Assembly (NCBI GenBank): GCA_963833215.1
Contig: CAWHXE010000018.1
Coordinates: 170,970-234,969, forward strand
Length of the DNA stretch: 64,000 nt
DNA from: an uncultured Cytophagales bacterium
GTDB taxonomy: Bacteria; Bacteroidota; Bacteroidia; Cytophagales; Cyclobacteriaceae
Direction: 5' to 3'
Position numbers and translations under genes: made by a program. Below the pieces are notes generated by a model that was given only the letters and a program-made list of their open reading frames with translations, did not search any database and was not told where the DNA came from. Each line of letters opens with the position of its first letter. Positions within the stretch are counted from its first letter, which is position 1. Below, one piece after another: positions 41,865 through 51,917 of this stretch.

Positions 41865-41881
41865 GTATGGGTCTAGCAACG

Positions 41882-43851
41882 CTACGACACCACAATGCCC
41901 AACTGCTCGGCGATCTCCATCTGGGTTTTCTTGAGCAACTGGTGGTTCTGCAAGATTTTTAGCTGGGCGGCTTCGTCCGGTTCGTTGAGCAGCCCCTGCC
42001 GGGTTTCTTGCAGCAACTGGTTCAGGTACACGTACTTCAGCTCCAGAATGCCCCGCTCGATCACCTCGTGGAGCACGTCTTTCTCCTGGGGCACATGGAT
42101 TTTGTAGCGCAGCTCCCAGTTTTCGCTCAGCACGTAGTGGTCCACCACCATATCAATCACTTCCTTGGCGATCACTTCATCGCCTTCGCCAATGAGCCGT
42201 TCTTCGGTCACCGCCACCCCCTGCGCGGTGAGGGCTTGGTAGCGGTCAAAAATCTGCGCATATACCTCGGTTTGCAGGGTGATGTCTTCCAGTTCCGAGA
42301 AAATGTAGTGACAAACCTTCGTTTCTTCGTCCACCGAATAATCGCCGTAGAGCACCAGCAGGCGAGTCACGCCCTTCTCCTTGTAGTAAACCGGCGGACG
42401 GCCCACCTCGGCGGCGGGTTCGGGTAGGGTTGGCGGGGCACCGTCGTTGACTGGTTCGGCGGAGCTTATTCCGGGAAACACTTCGGATTGCGAATTTTGG
42501 GAGGCCCGTCGCGCTTCGCTGCGTTGCTGCTGGATGTGAATTTTGTTAAGCTCAGCAAACAGCACGGCCTCGTCCATATCCAGGCGCTGTCCGGTGGTTT
42601 TCACGTACACCTGCCGCTGGATGGGGTCGGGCACCTTGGCGATGCTGCCCACCACCTCGCGGATCAGTTCGGCCTGCCGGATGGGGTCCGACTGCGCCTC
42701 GCGCTCGAAAATGGTCGTTTTGAAGGCAATAAAATCCTCCTGATGCTCGGTGAGGTAGTCACGCAGTTCGCTGGTGCGCAGTTGGCGGGCCAGGGTGTCG
42801 GGGTCTTCGCCCTCGGGCAGCACCACCGCCCGCACGTTGAGCCCGCCCTCCAGCAGCATATCGATGCCCCGAAACGAGGCTTTGAGTCCGGCCGCGTCGC
42901 CGTCGAAGAGCACCGTCACGTTTTTGGTGTAGCGCGCAATGAGGCGAATCTGCTCGTGGGTGAGCGAGGTGCCCGACGAGGCCACCACGTTCTTGATGCC
43001 CGCCTGGTGGAGCGAGATCACGTCGGTGTAGCCTTCTACCAGGTAACACATATCCTCCTGTCGGATAAACTGCTTGGCCTGGTAGAGTCCGTAGAGCACG
43101 TCGCTCTTGTGGTAGATTGGCGTCTCGGGCGAGTTGATGTACTTCGCAACTTTCTCCGTTTTATTACCCAAAATCCGTGCGCCAAAGGCCAGCACCCGGC
43201 CCGAGATATTGTGCACCGGAAACATTACCCGCCCGCGGAAGCGGTCGTAGCTTCGCTCCGGTTTTCCACTCCTCCGCTTCTTTTTTCACCACCAAACCCG
43301 CTTTTTCCAGCAGCGTCGGGTTGTGCCCCTTCGCGGTGGCTTCCTTGAGCAGCCCGTCCCACTGGTCGAGGCTATAGCCCAGCCCAAACTCCCGGATGGT
43401 TTCTTCACTAAAGCCGCGTTCCTTAAAATAAGAAAGTCCGATGGACTGTCCTTCTTCGTTTTCCCACAGCATCTGCTGAAAGTAGGCGTTGGCAAATTTC
43501 ATGACGATAAACAGGCTCTCGCGCTCGTTCTGCGCCAGCAGCTGCTCATCGGTGGGGGCTTCTTCGGCAATCTCGATGCCGTACTTCTTGGCCAGGTGCT
43601 TGATGGCTTCCAGGTAGTTCATCCCCTCCACCTCCATCAGGAAGGTAATCGCATCGCCCGCCTTGCCCGAGCTAAAGTCTTTGAAGAACCCCTTGGAGGG
43701 CACCACGTAGAACGAGGGCGTGCGCTCCTGGTTAAAGGGACTGAGTCCGCGGTAGTTGCTGCCCGATTTTTTCAGGTTCACGTAGTCGCCCACCACCTCC
43801 AGCAGGTCGGCCCGGGCCTTGATTTCGTTCGATGGTTTCGCGGGGGATCAT
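41882..43851 (-). CDS. dnaG: DNA primase DnaG; two frameshifts
   Basis: Zinc-binding N-terminus (LKKSGSNYRGLSPFNQERTPSF), TOPRIM core (MFPVHNISGRV...EGYTDVISLHQAG). The true N-terminus MIPRETIER starts at 43851. Indels in the T6 run at 43281-43286 and the TTT run at 43824-43826. Confidence 0.85.
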
Positions 43852-44145
43852 GGTGAGATCGGTTGAATTTCCTGAATGTGCTAAAGATAATAGAGGTTTC
43901 TGATAGATTCTCAAGGGTCATGCGGGGCGTCCCACGTACGACCCTTCGGATAAAAATTATCAGAATAAAGTTTGATGTACATATAGTATTTGTTTTCTAA
44001 TTGATGATAACGGTTAGTATATGAAAAGTAGGCGGGTTCGAAGCACGAAACTTTCAGTTAAGCATCCAGTTTGATACGAGCCAAAAGCCCCGAATTTATT
44101 ACTCTTTCGTCTATTTTTTTATATACGTTGTTACCACCTGCTTTT

Positions 44146-44838
44146 TTATTTCTCTTCTTCTGTTTTAGGGAAATCATAATTAATCTCTCCTTTTATTCCG
44201 TAGAAAAATAGATATTGTCCGTGAGCAGTTATTTGTAAATGAGTTCCCCATTGTTGTGCGATACCTGCTGAAATAAGAAACGCAACATTATCATCAAATT
44301 GCGAAAACCCACGATAAAATGGCTTTTCTTCTTTTGATATTTCTTCAAGGAAAGAGATGGCAGTTAAGTTTAATCTTTCAACACAATGACATAGGCTTAA
44401 AAAATTATTCCATCCAAATTTCCCGTTTAAATGTGATGCAAAAAGAGTAGCCAAAATTTTAGATTTCTCAATTTCCAAAACCCGTTCATTAAGAATCATT
44501 ATTTGCTCTACAACAGAGTCTCTGTATTTTTTATCGGTGTTAAATTTTTCCTGAAATTTTTTAACTGTTGAATCATCAAGTTTTGAAGAATGGAATTCTT
44601 TTAAGAAAGTTAGGAGCTTCTTTGCAAAATAAATTTCCCTAATTTTCATTCCGCCCTTCACGATTCCAACTATTGATTTGACAACAGGTATTTCCTTAAT
44701 AGCATCATTGTCTAGAAAAGAATCTAACGCTAGTTCAGCATAGTCAACCGATAAGTCCATTGCGGGTGAAGTCAAGCCGTCTTGAACGACTTTTTCAATT
44801 GCCTTTTCGTTTTTGTTGTCGGATTCCGATTTTATCAT
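44146..44838 (-). CDS. Hypothetical protein (~230 aa) in an AT-rich island
   Basis: ORF from MIKSESDNKNEK. No motif recognised. Strongly AT-rich codon usage unlike the neighbouring genes. Confidence 0.45.
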   Translation of the reverse strand: MIKSESDNKNEKAIEKVVQDGLTSPAMDLSVDYAELALDSFLDNDAIKEIPVVKSIVGIVKGGMKIREIYFAKKLLTFLKEFHSSKLDDSTVKKFQEKFNTDKKYRDSVVEQIMILNERVLEIEKSKILATLFASHLNGKFGWNNFLSLCHCVERLNLTAISFLEEISKEEKPFYRGFSQFDDNVAFLISAGIAQQWGTHLQITAHGQYLFFYGIKGEINYDFPKTEEEK

Positions 44839-45104
44839 TTTAATAGGTGGTAACAACCGTATAAATACACCAGGTGCGTTTATTTGCAATATAGCGACAA
44901 GGTGGCTATTTGGCCAAGTTTGCCAGGAAGAAGCCCGTTTTTGGGTAGAATATCTATCATTAGCATGTTTTTCTATTAAATGCGTGGGCAAACGCTTACA
45001 AACGTTTATTTGGAGACAAGCATCCCTACCGCCCCCCGACAAATTACGAACCTCCCTGAGCAACCTACGGAAGAATTACCACTCTTTTCAACCCTGCCAC
45101 ATCA

Positions 45105-45320
45105 TCACCGAACCTCAGTGCTTCAACGCTCCACCTTCGAGGTTCACGCGCGAACCTAATAGCTTGATCGTTGAACCAAAAAGGTTCAGCGGCGAACCTT
45201 TTAGCTTCCTCATTGAACCTCCGAGTTACAAAAGCGAACCTCCGAGGTTCAAAATTCAACCTCGAAGGTTCAAAAACGGACCTCGGAGGTTCAAACGTTA
45301 ACCTCGAAGGTTCAAACGCA
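45105..45320. repeat. Array of about ten ~22-bp-periodic repeats, each a small palindrome GAACC-N5-GGTTC followed by AAA
   Basis: The four best copies lie at 45236-45320 (GAACCTCCGAGGTTCAAA, CAACCTCGAAGGTTCAAA, GGACCTCGGAGGTTCAAA, TAACCTCGAAGGTTCAAA); copies decay toward the 5' side. The tract is intergenic between divergent genes. Confidence 0.7.
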
Positions 45321-45490
45321 ATATTTTTAGGTTAAAATAGGGGTTTCCAGCCGAATATTATTTGCTAAAATAACCATTCACTACCTTCTTACTACAACGT
45401 AATGAAAATAAGCATCTGTTAAGATTTCCTTCCTCATTCATTATTCCTTGCTCGATATTCGATATTTTTGCGCTTCACGCTCATCAAAGT

Positions 45491-46714
45491 ATGGAAAACA
45501 CGTCCGGTTCTGCCACCCTGGTCACTGAGAAAAAAGCTGTTAACAAAACCGTGCTACCCATCCTGTTCGCCATCAGCGCGGCGCACCTGCTCAACGACAC
45601 CATGCAGTCGGTAATTCCGGCCATCTATCCGCTTCTTAAGGAGAACTACACGCTCTCTTTCACCCAGATCGGCCTGATCACGCTGGCCTTTCAGCTCACC
45701 GCTTCGCTGCTGCAACCGGTGGTGGGCTACCTCACCGACAAAACGCCCCGTCCCTACTCGCTGGTGGTGGGCATGGTGTTTTCGCTGGCGGGGCTGCTGC
45801 TGCTCGCGCAGGCGGCGCACTACGCCTTCATCCTACTGGCGGTGGGCTTGGTGGGCATGGGCTCGGCGGTGTTTCATCCCGAGTCGTCGCGGGTGGCCTA
45901 CCTGGCCTCGGGCGGCAAGCGGGGCCTGGCCCAGTCCATCTTTCAGATCGGTGGCAACGCGGGCAGCGCCATTGGTCCGCTGCTGGCGGCGATTATTATT
46001 ATTCCTTTCGGACAGGGCCACGTGGCTTGGTTCGGACTGGCGGCGGTGTTGGCCATGATCGTGCTCACCCGGGTGGCTGGTTGGTACCAGGATAACCTAC
46101 AGCAAAAAAAAAGCCGCCCCCCGTCGGTAGAAGAAACTCCTTCGCGGCTGCCACGCCGCACGGTGAACGTTACTATCGGGTTGTTGCTGGTGCTTATCTT
46201 CTCTAAGTATTTCTATCTGGCCAGCCTCACCAGTTACTTCACCTTCTTCCTAATCGACAAGTTCGCGCTGTCGGTGCAGCAGTCGCAGGTGCACTTGTTT
46301 ATATTTTTGGCCGCGGTGGCGGTGGGCACCCTGATTGGCGGACCGCTGGGCGACCGCTTCGGCCGCAAGTACGTGATCTGGTTTTCCATCCTGGGCATCG
46401 CTCCGCTCACCTTGCTGCTGCCCTACGCCAACTTGTTCTGGACAACGACCTTGTCGGTGTTTATCGGCATGGCGCTGGCATCGGCCTTTCCGGCGATCTT
46501 GGTCTACGCCCAGGAGTTGATGCCCGGCCGGGTGGGTATGATCTCCGGCCTGTTCTTCGGTTTCGCCTTTGGCATGGGCGGGCTGGGCTCCGCACTGTTG
46601 GGCAAACTCGCCGACGTCACCAGCATTGCCTACGTGTTTCAGCTGTGCGCTTTTCTTCCGCTGTTGGGAGTAATAGCCGCCTGGTTGCCGCGCGTAGCAC
46701 CGCAGGAAGAATAA
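45491..46714 (+). CDS. MFS transporter (Fsr/fosmidomycin-resistance-like subfamily)
   Basis: 407 aa, 12 TM helices, MFS signature regions. Confidence 0.75.
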   Translation: MENTSGSATLVTEKKAVNKTVLPILFAISAAHLLNDTMQSVIPAIYPLLKENYTLSFTQIGLITLAFQLTASLLQPVVGYLTDKTPRPYSLVVGMVFSLAGLLLLAQAAHYAFILLAVGLVGMGSAVFHPESSRVAYLASGGKRGLAQSIFQIGGNAGSAIGPLLAAIIIIPFGQGHVAWFGLAAVLAMIVLTRVAGWYQDNLQQKKSRPPSVEETPSRLPRRTVNVTIGLLLVLIFSKYFYLASLTSYFTFFLIDKFALSVQQSQVHLFIFLAAVAVGTLIGGPLGDRFGRKYVIWFSILGIAPLTLLLPYANLFWTTTLSVFIGMALASAFPAILVYAQELMPGRVGMISGLFFGFAFGMGGLGSALLGKLADVTSIAYVFQLCAFLPLLGVIAAWLPRVAPQEE

Positions 46715-46820
46715 GCCAGAATTTAAGGAATTTCACGGGCAACGCGCTCCGCTTATTTATTTCTTTGCTACATTTAGGGTTCTTTAGCCTCACCAAACGT
46801 CTACCCAACACCTAACCCGT

Positions 46821-47927
46821 ATGGTTCTTACCCAAGCTTTTTACCCGGCCAAACTGGAGCCGGTATCGGTCTGGAACAAAGTCACCGGACAAAAGCACCG
46901 GCAAAACGCCCTCACTGAGATCAACAACCTGTTGGCCGAGCAGCCGCTGCTCGACATCCGGGGAGCCGACGTGCAGGCGATTCTGGACCGCTATGACCTT
47001 AATTTGTTTCGCGACTTCACCGACGGCTCGCTGCGCGATTTGTACAAAAAATACCTGCGCTACTGCTTCGATGATAACCACCTGGACGCCGAAGAGACGA
47101 AGCGTCTGCTGCATTTGAAACGCATTCTGGGACTGAGCGACAAGGCGGTTGCCCTGGCCAACCACCAGGTTTGTCAGGAAGTGTACGCCCGCAGCCTCGA
47201 TGAGGCCCGGGAAGACGAGCGTTTGCATCCCAAAGAACTGGCCTTTTTGCATCAGCTCCGGCACTGCTTGCAACTGCCGCCCACGCTGGAGAACCAGGTG
47301 CAGCAAAGCAAGGCCGCCGACCTGATCATTCGGTTTATCAAGGGAGAGGTGACCGAACAGCCGCTCAGTGCCGCCGAAGAAGAAGAATTGTCGGTGTTGA
47401 CCGAGCACCTGAACGCCGTTCCGCAGTGGGACGAGCGCAGCCGCGCCGAACTGGTGAAGTACCGGCTGCACTGGCAGATTGAGAACGAGGCGTTGCCGCA
47501 CATCTTCGTTCCTCTCACGCTACGTCCGGAAGAAACCTGCCACTTCCTGTGCGACGCTGTCCGCCAGGAAGGTACGCATCAGGGAGCAGAAAGTGCCGAA
47601 ACTAATTCTCGTCCCGCACCAGATACGTTGCGGCGCAAATTAGCCAACGGCACCTACTGGCGCAACGCGAGCGCCGGCACCATTCAGCTAGCGGATGATG
47701 CCTGGAAGAGCAGCGAACCGGGTAAACTCTACCTCACCAACCAGCGCCTGATATTTCGCACTCCCGAAGTTGAAATGGTGGTGTACCTCGATAGCATTGC
47801 CGACTTCGACCACTACCGAAACGGGATTTTTCTGCACCCCACCAAGGGAAAGCCTGTCTTCTTCGCCACTCCCACCGGCGCCGACATTGCGTCTATGATG
47901 CTGGGACGCATCCTGCGCGAACGATAG
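46821..47927 (+). CDS. Hypothetical protein; helical N-terminal half and a GRAM/PH-like C-terminal region
   Basis: 368 aa. No confident family assignment. Stands before the ABC/FtsX-like pair on the same strand, separated by a 33-bp gap. Confidence 0.4.
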   Translation: MVLTQAFYPAKLEPVSVWNKVTGQKHRQNALTEINNLLAEQPLLDIRGADVQAILDRYDLNLFRDFTDGSLRDLYKKYLRYCFDDNHLDAEETKRLLHLKRILGLSDKAVALANHQVCQEVYARSLDEAREDERLHPKELAFLHQLRHCLQLPPTLENQVQQSKAADLIIRFIKGEVTEQPLSAAEEEELSVLTEHLNAVPQWDERSRAELVKYRLHWQIENEALPHIFVPLTLRPEETCHFLCDAVRQEGTHQGAESAETNSRPAPDTLRRKLANGTYWRNASAGTIQLADDAWKSSEPGKLYLTNQRLIFRTPEVEMVVYLDSIADFDHYRNGIFLHPTKGKPVFFATPTGADIASMMLGRILRER

Positions 47928-47960
47928 CTGCCCACTGCCCTCCACCCAGTCCCGATCCCA

Positions 47961-48599
47961 ATGATTGATGTCTCCGGTGTCAACTTTCGCTACGCCGCGG
48001 CGGCCTCCCCGCTGGCGTTTCCCGATTGGCAGGTGGCCTCGGGAGCGCACTGCCTGCTGCTGGGAAATTCAGGAAGCGGCAAGACCACCCTGCTGCACCT
48101 GCTGGCCGGATTTCTGAAACCGACCACCGGACGCGTCGTGGTGGGCGGCCAGGACCTTACCACCTTGTCTGAAGCCCAGCTCGACCGCTACCGGGGCCGC
48201 TCGATCGGACTGGTGTTTCAGCGGCCGCACCTGATCGCTTCGCTGTCGGTGACGCAGAATCTACGACTGGCGCAGTATCTGGCCGGGCTACCGGCCCAGC
48301 CTGACCTGATCGCCGAAACACTGGCCACGCTGCAACTCACGCATCGGAACCACGCCCGGCCCGCCACCCTTAGCCAAGGAGAAGCCCAGCGCGTCGCCCT
48401 GGCCCGCGCGCTGCTCAACCGCCCCCGCGTCATCCTGGCCGACGAACCCACCTCTAGTCTCGACGATGACAACTGCACCCGGGTGCTCAACTTGCTCCGG
48501 CAACAGGCCGAACGCTACGCGGCCACGCTCATCATCGCCACCCACGACCAGCGCCTGAAGCAACTGATGCCCCACCAACAAACCCTGCTTACGCCATGA
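47961..48599 (+). CDS. ABC transporter ATP-binding protein (LolD/FtsE/MacB-type)
   Basis: Walker A GNSGSGKTT, ABC signature LSQGEAQRV, Walker B ILADEPTSSLD. Confidence 0.85.
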   Translation: MIDVSGVNFRYAAAASPLAFPDWQVASGAHCLLLGNSGSGKTTLLHLLAGFLKPTTGRVVVGGQDLTTLSEAQLDRYRGRSIGLVFQRPHLIASLSVTQNLRLAQYLAGLPAQPDLIAETLATLQLTHRNHARPATLSQGEAQRVALARALLNRPRVILADEPTSSLDDDNCTRVLNLLRQQAERYAATLIIATHDQRLKQLMPHQQTLLTP

Positions 48600-49834
48600 A
48601 TCTATGGACTCTCAGCAGCAGCTACGCCCGACACCGGCCGCTCAACACTGCGCTCAACGTGCTGCTGCTGGCCCTGGGTATCGCCACCATCACCGTGCTG
48701 CTGCTGCTGAGCCGACAGGTAGAAGATACGCTCACCCGCAACAGCCGCGGCGTTGACTTAGTAGTTGGGGCAAAGGGCAGTCCGCTGCAGATCATTTTGT
48801 CCAGCGTGTTTCACGCCGATTTCCCGACGGGCAACATTTCGCTGGCCGACGTGCGGCCGCTGCAGCGCAACCGCTTGATCAAGAACATGATTCCGCTGGC
48901 GCTGGGTGACAGCTACCGGGGCTTCCGCATTGTGGGCACCAACTACGACTACCCTGAGTTGTACGAGGCTGAGTTACAAATCGGTAACTGGTGGGAGAAA
49001 CCGCTGGAGGTGACCCTGGGTGCCAATGTGGCGCAGCAACTGCAACTAGTCCCGGGCGATCAGTTCAACAGCAGTCACGGCCTGGCCGACGACCGCATCA
49101 ACGTCCACGACGAACAGGCATTTCGGGTGAGCGGGGTGCTCAAACCCACCGGCAGCGTGCTGGATAACCTGATTCTGACGGCGGTGGAGAGCGTCTGGGC
49201 GGTGCACGACACCCACGCCGACTCGGTAGCGCACGAGGGCCATATTGCGCAAGACAGTATCACCCGACGGGGATTGCCGACGGGGGTTGCCGGACAGGAC
49301 ATCACCGCACTGCTGCTGCAGTATCGCTCGCCGATGGCCGCGGTGCAGTTGCCGCGCTTCATCAACCAGCGCACCAATTTGCAGGCTGCCTCTCCGCCCT
49401 TCGAGGTGGCCCGCCTGTTTTCGTTGGTGGGCGTGGGCGTGGATGGGCTACGCGCTTTCGCCTACGTGATTATTTTGATTGCGGCGCTGAGCACCTTCAT
49501 TGCGCTGTACAATGCCCTGCGGGAGCGGCAGTACGACCTGGCGGTGATGCGCTCGCTGGGGGCTTCTCGCCGAATGCTGTTTCTGCTTATGGTACTGGAG
49601 GGCGTAATCATCTCATTACTGGGTGGATTACTGGGACTATTGCTGGGCCACGGGTTTATTGGATTGCTGACGCAGTGGGTGCCACAGTCTGGGCTGGGCC
49701 TCACGGCGCTTCGCTTCATCCCGGAAGAGGGTTGGCTGCTGCTGGGTAGCGTGCTGGTAGGAGTCGGGGCCGCGCTGCTTCCTGCCTGGGCTGCTTACCG
49801 CACCAACGTTGCCCAGGTGTTAGCCCAGAAATAA
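48596..49834 (+). CDS. FtsX-like ABC transporter permease (MacB/DUF214 type)
   Basis: 412 aa. N-terminal TM helix, large periplasmic domain, three C-terminal TM helices. Overlaps the ATPase gene by 4 nt. Confidence 0.8.
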   Translation: MNLWTLSSSYARHRPLNTALNVLLLALGIATITVLLLLSRQVEDTLTRNSRGVDLVVGAKGSPLQIILSSVFHADFPTGNISLADVRPLQRNRLIKNMIPLALGDSYRGFRIVGTNYDYPELYEAELQIGNWWEKPLEVTLGANVAQQLQLVPGDQFNSSHGLADDRINVHDEQAFRVSGVLKPTGSVLDNLILTAVESVWAVHDTHADSVAHEGHIAQDSITRRGLPTGVAGQDITALLLQYRSPMAAVQLPRFINQRTNLQAASPPFEVARLFSLVGVGVDGLRAFAYVIILIAALSTFIALYNALRERQYDLAVMRSLGASRRMLFLLMVLEGVIISLLGGLLGLLLGHGFIGLLTQWVPQSGLGLTALRFIPEEGWLLLGSVLVGVGAALLPAWAAYRTNVAQVLAQK

Positions 49835-50028
49835 TAAGTATCAATTTCCTCAGAACTAGCCGTGTTTATGGCGTTTGTGCTAATGCGATTTGTTTAATGC
49901 AAGTCCGTATTCTTTTAAAATATTGCGACACGACAGCCTTTTGGTTATGCCGAGAGAGGTTAAAATCGATATTTTTTCAAAACTCTTTGGTACAGATGTA
50001 TTTTTTACCTTAATTGGATGTTTATATT

Positions 50029-50036
50029 TGTTTTCG
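50029..50036 (+). promoter_or_regulatory. Candidate Bacteroidota sigma-A -7 element (TATATTTG, consensus TAnnTTTG) upstream of the P-II/amt operon
   Basis: Motif match ~85 bp upstream of the 50120 start codon. By sequence only. Confidence 0.25.
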
Positions 50037-50119
50037 GTGGGGAATCACCAAATTAAGTTAGGCTGATTTCTACGTTCGTCTAGTGATTTTATCTTCAAGC
50101 TAACCAAACCCCATACACT

Positions 50120-50458
50120 ATGAAAAAAGTAGAAGCCATCATTCGCACCTCCAAGTTCGAGCAGGTAATGGAAGCCCTCACGGACGCCGGAGTCATCTTT
50201 TTGTCGTTTTACGACGTGAAGGGACACGGCCTGGAAAAGGAGTACCAGACCTACCGCGGCACCACCTACGACACGGGCTACATTCCCCGCACCAAGCTAG
50301 AGATCGTAATTTCCGACGATTTTCTGCAAAAAACGATCGACGCGATCCTTCAAACCGGTAAAACCGGCAAGGTGGGCGATGGCAAAATTTTCGTCTCCAC
50401 CCTGGATGAGGTGTTCCGCATTCGGAACGGCGAACAGGGCACCGGCGCAATTAATTAA
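50120..50458 (+). CDS. P-II nitrogen regulatory protein (GlnB/GlnK family)
   Basis: 112 aa P-II fold; gene directly precedes amt. Confidence 0.85.
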   Translation: MKKVEAIIRTSKFEQVMEALTDAGVIFLSFYDVKGHGLEKEYQTYRGTTYDTGYIPRTKLEIVISDDFLQKTIDAILQTGKTGKVGDGKIFVSTLDEVFRIRNGEQGTGAIN

Positions 50459-50524
50459 AAGAGGCCAACCACCCTCGCCCTTCTCATCTTACTAATTTAA
50501 CCGTAACCATTAAACATCTGATTC

Positions 50525-51796
50525 ATGGAACAACTATTTACTACCAACAACTTGTGGATGATGATTGCCACCATTCTGGTATTCATCATGCACCTGGGTT
50601 TTGCCACCCTGGAAACCGGCCTCACCCAGTCTAAGAACACCGTTAACATCCTCTTTAAAAATGCGACCATCCTGCCTATTGGGCTGCTCACCTACTGCTT
50701 GTGGGGGTTCAACCTGATGTATCCGGGCGAGGATTTTGCCGGGGGATTGTTCGGGTTCGCAGGCTTCGGCATTGCTTCTCCTGAGGGCGCAAACACCGGT
50801 GCCTACAACGAAGGCTACACCTACTGGACCGACTTCATCTTCCAGGCCATGTTTGCCGCCACCGCCGCCACCATCGTTTCCGGTGCGGTAGCCGAGCGCG
50901 TTAAACTAAACGCCTTTTTGGTTTTCACCGTCCTGTACGTCGGCATTGTCTACCCCATCACCGGTATGTGGGACTGGGGCGGAGGCTTCCTGGAAGCGGG
51001 CTTCATTGAGGGCGCTGACGGGGCCAAGGTTGCTTTCTACGACTTCGCCGGTTCCACGCTGGTGCACTCGGTCGGTGGCTGGGCTGCCCTGTCGGGTATC
51101 ATCCTGCTGGGCGCACGTCACGGCAAGTACGTAGACGGAAAAATTCGTCCGATTCCGGGTCACAATATGCCCCTGGCCACCATCGGAGTGTTTTTACTGT
51201 GGTTTGGCTGGTACGGCTTCAACGGCGGTTCGGTGCTGAGCGCTGATCCGGGACTGGTATCCCTGGTGTTTGTTACCACCTCGATGGCCGCGGCGGCCGG
51301 AGCCATCGGGGCGCTGATCACCGCGCTCATTGTGGTGCGCTCTAATGACCTAACGATGGTGCTCAACGGTATTCTCGGCGGACTCGTGGGCATCACCGCC
51401 GGGGCCGACGTGATGGGCGTCACCGATGCCATTATTATTGGCCTGGTTGCCGGAGCCTTGGTCGTGTTAGCCGTAGTAGGCTTCGACCGAGCTAAGCTAG
51501 ACGACCCGGTGGGGGCCACTTCCGTGCACCTGGTGTGCGGCATCTGGGGAACCCTGGCCGTGGGTATCTTCGGAGCCAACGCCGGTATGTCGCAGTTTTT
51601 AACCCAGTTGATTGGCGTGATCGCCGTCGGCATTTTCTGCTTCGCCGCCTCGCTGCTGATTTTCTACGTACTGAAGGCAACCATCGGCCTCCGGGTGTCT
51701 GAGGAAGAAGAAATTGAAGGACTCGACCTCGGCGAGCACAAGATGCGCGCTTACCCCGAAACGGCACAAAAGGCTCGGGACGAAGTATTCCACTAG
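50525..51796 (+). CDS. amt: Ammonium transporter (Amt family)
   Basis: 423 aa, 11 TM helices, conserved Amt motifs. Confidence 0.85.
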   Translation: MEQLFTTNNLWMMIATILVFIMHLGFATLETGLTQSKNTVNILFKNATILPIGLLTYCLWGFNLMYPGEDFAGGLFGFAGFGIASPEGANTGAYNEGYTYWTDFIFQAMFAATAATIVSGAVAERVKLNAFLVFTVLYVGIVYPITGMWDWGGGFLEAGFIEGADGAKVAFYDFAGSTLVHSVGGWAALSGIILLGARHGKYVDGKIRPIPGHNMPLATIGVFLLWFGWYGFNGGSVLSADPGLVSLVFVTTSMAAAAGAIGALITALIVVRSNDLTMVLNGILGGLVGITAGADVMGVTDAIIIGLVAGALVVLAVVGFDRAKLDDPVGATSVHLVCGIWGTLAVGIFGANAGMSQFLTQLIGVIAVGIFCFAASLLIFYVLKATIGLRVSEEEEIEGLDLGEHKMRAYPETAQKARDEVFH

Positions 51797-51820
51797 AGCG
51801 AACGTTTCATTCTATTAACA

Positions 51821-51862
51821 AAAAGACCGTCTCGGCTATAGCTGAGACGGTCTTTTTTTATA
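51821..51862. terminator. Bidirectional rho-independent terminator
   Basis: AAAAAGACCGTCTCGGCTATAGCTGAGACGGTCTTTTTTT: perfect 12-bp stem flanked by A5 and T7. Confidence 0.8.
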
Positions 51863-51917
51863 AAGTAATGCCTAGTAGAGTTAGTCTATCAGAACGCTAC
51901 AAAACGCGGTTTGGCAA

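Noticed and set aside
44030-44070. GGGTTCGAAG motif resembling a tRNA T-arm
   Set aside because: No flanking acceptor stem, anticodon arm or CCA context could be folded. It is AT-rich filler.
44813-45301. ORFs translating the 22-bp repeat array (EPRRF... peptides) on both strands
   Set aside because: The periodic DNA repeats translate into periodic peptides. Both strands are open, which marks a non-coding repeat rather than a gene.
45105-45320. Possible CRISPR array
   Set aside because: The units are ~22 bp and directly abutting with no unique spacers. CRISPR repeats are 28-37 bp and separated by 26-40-bp spacers, and there are no cas genes nearby.
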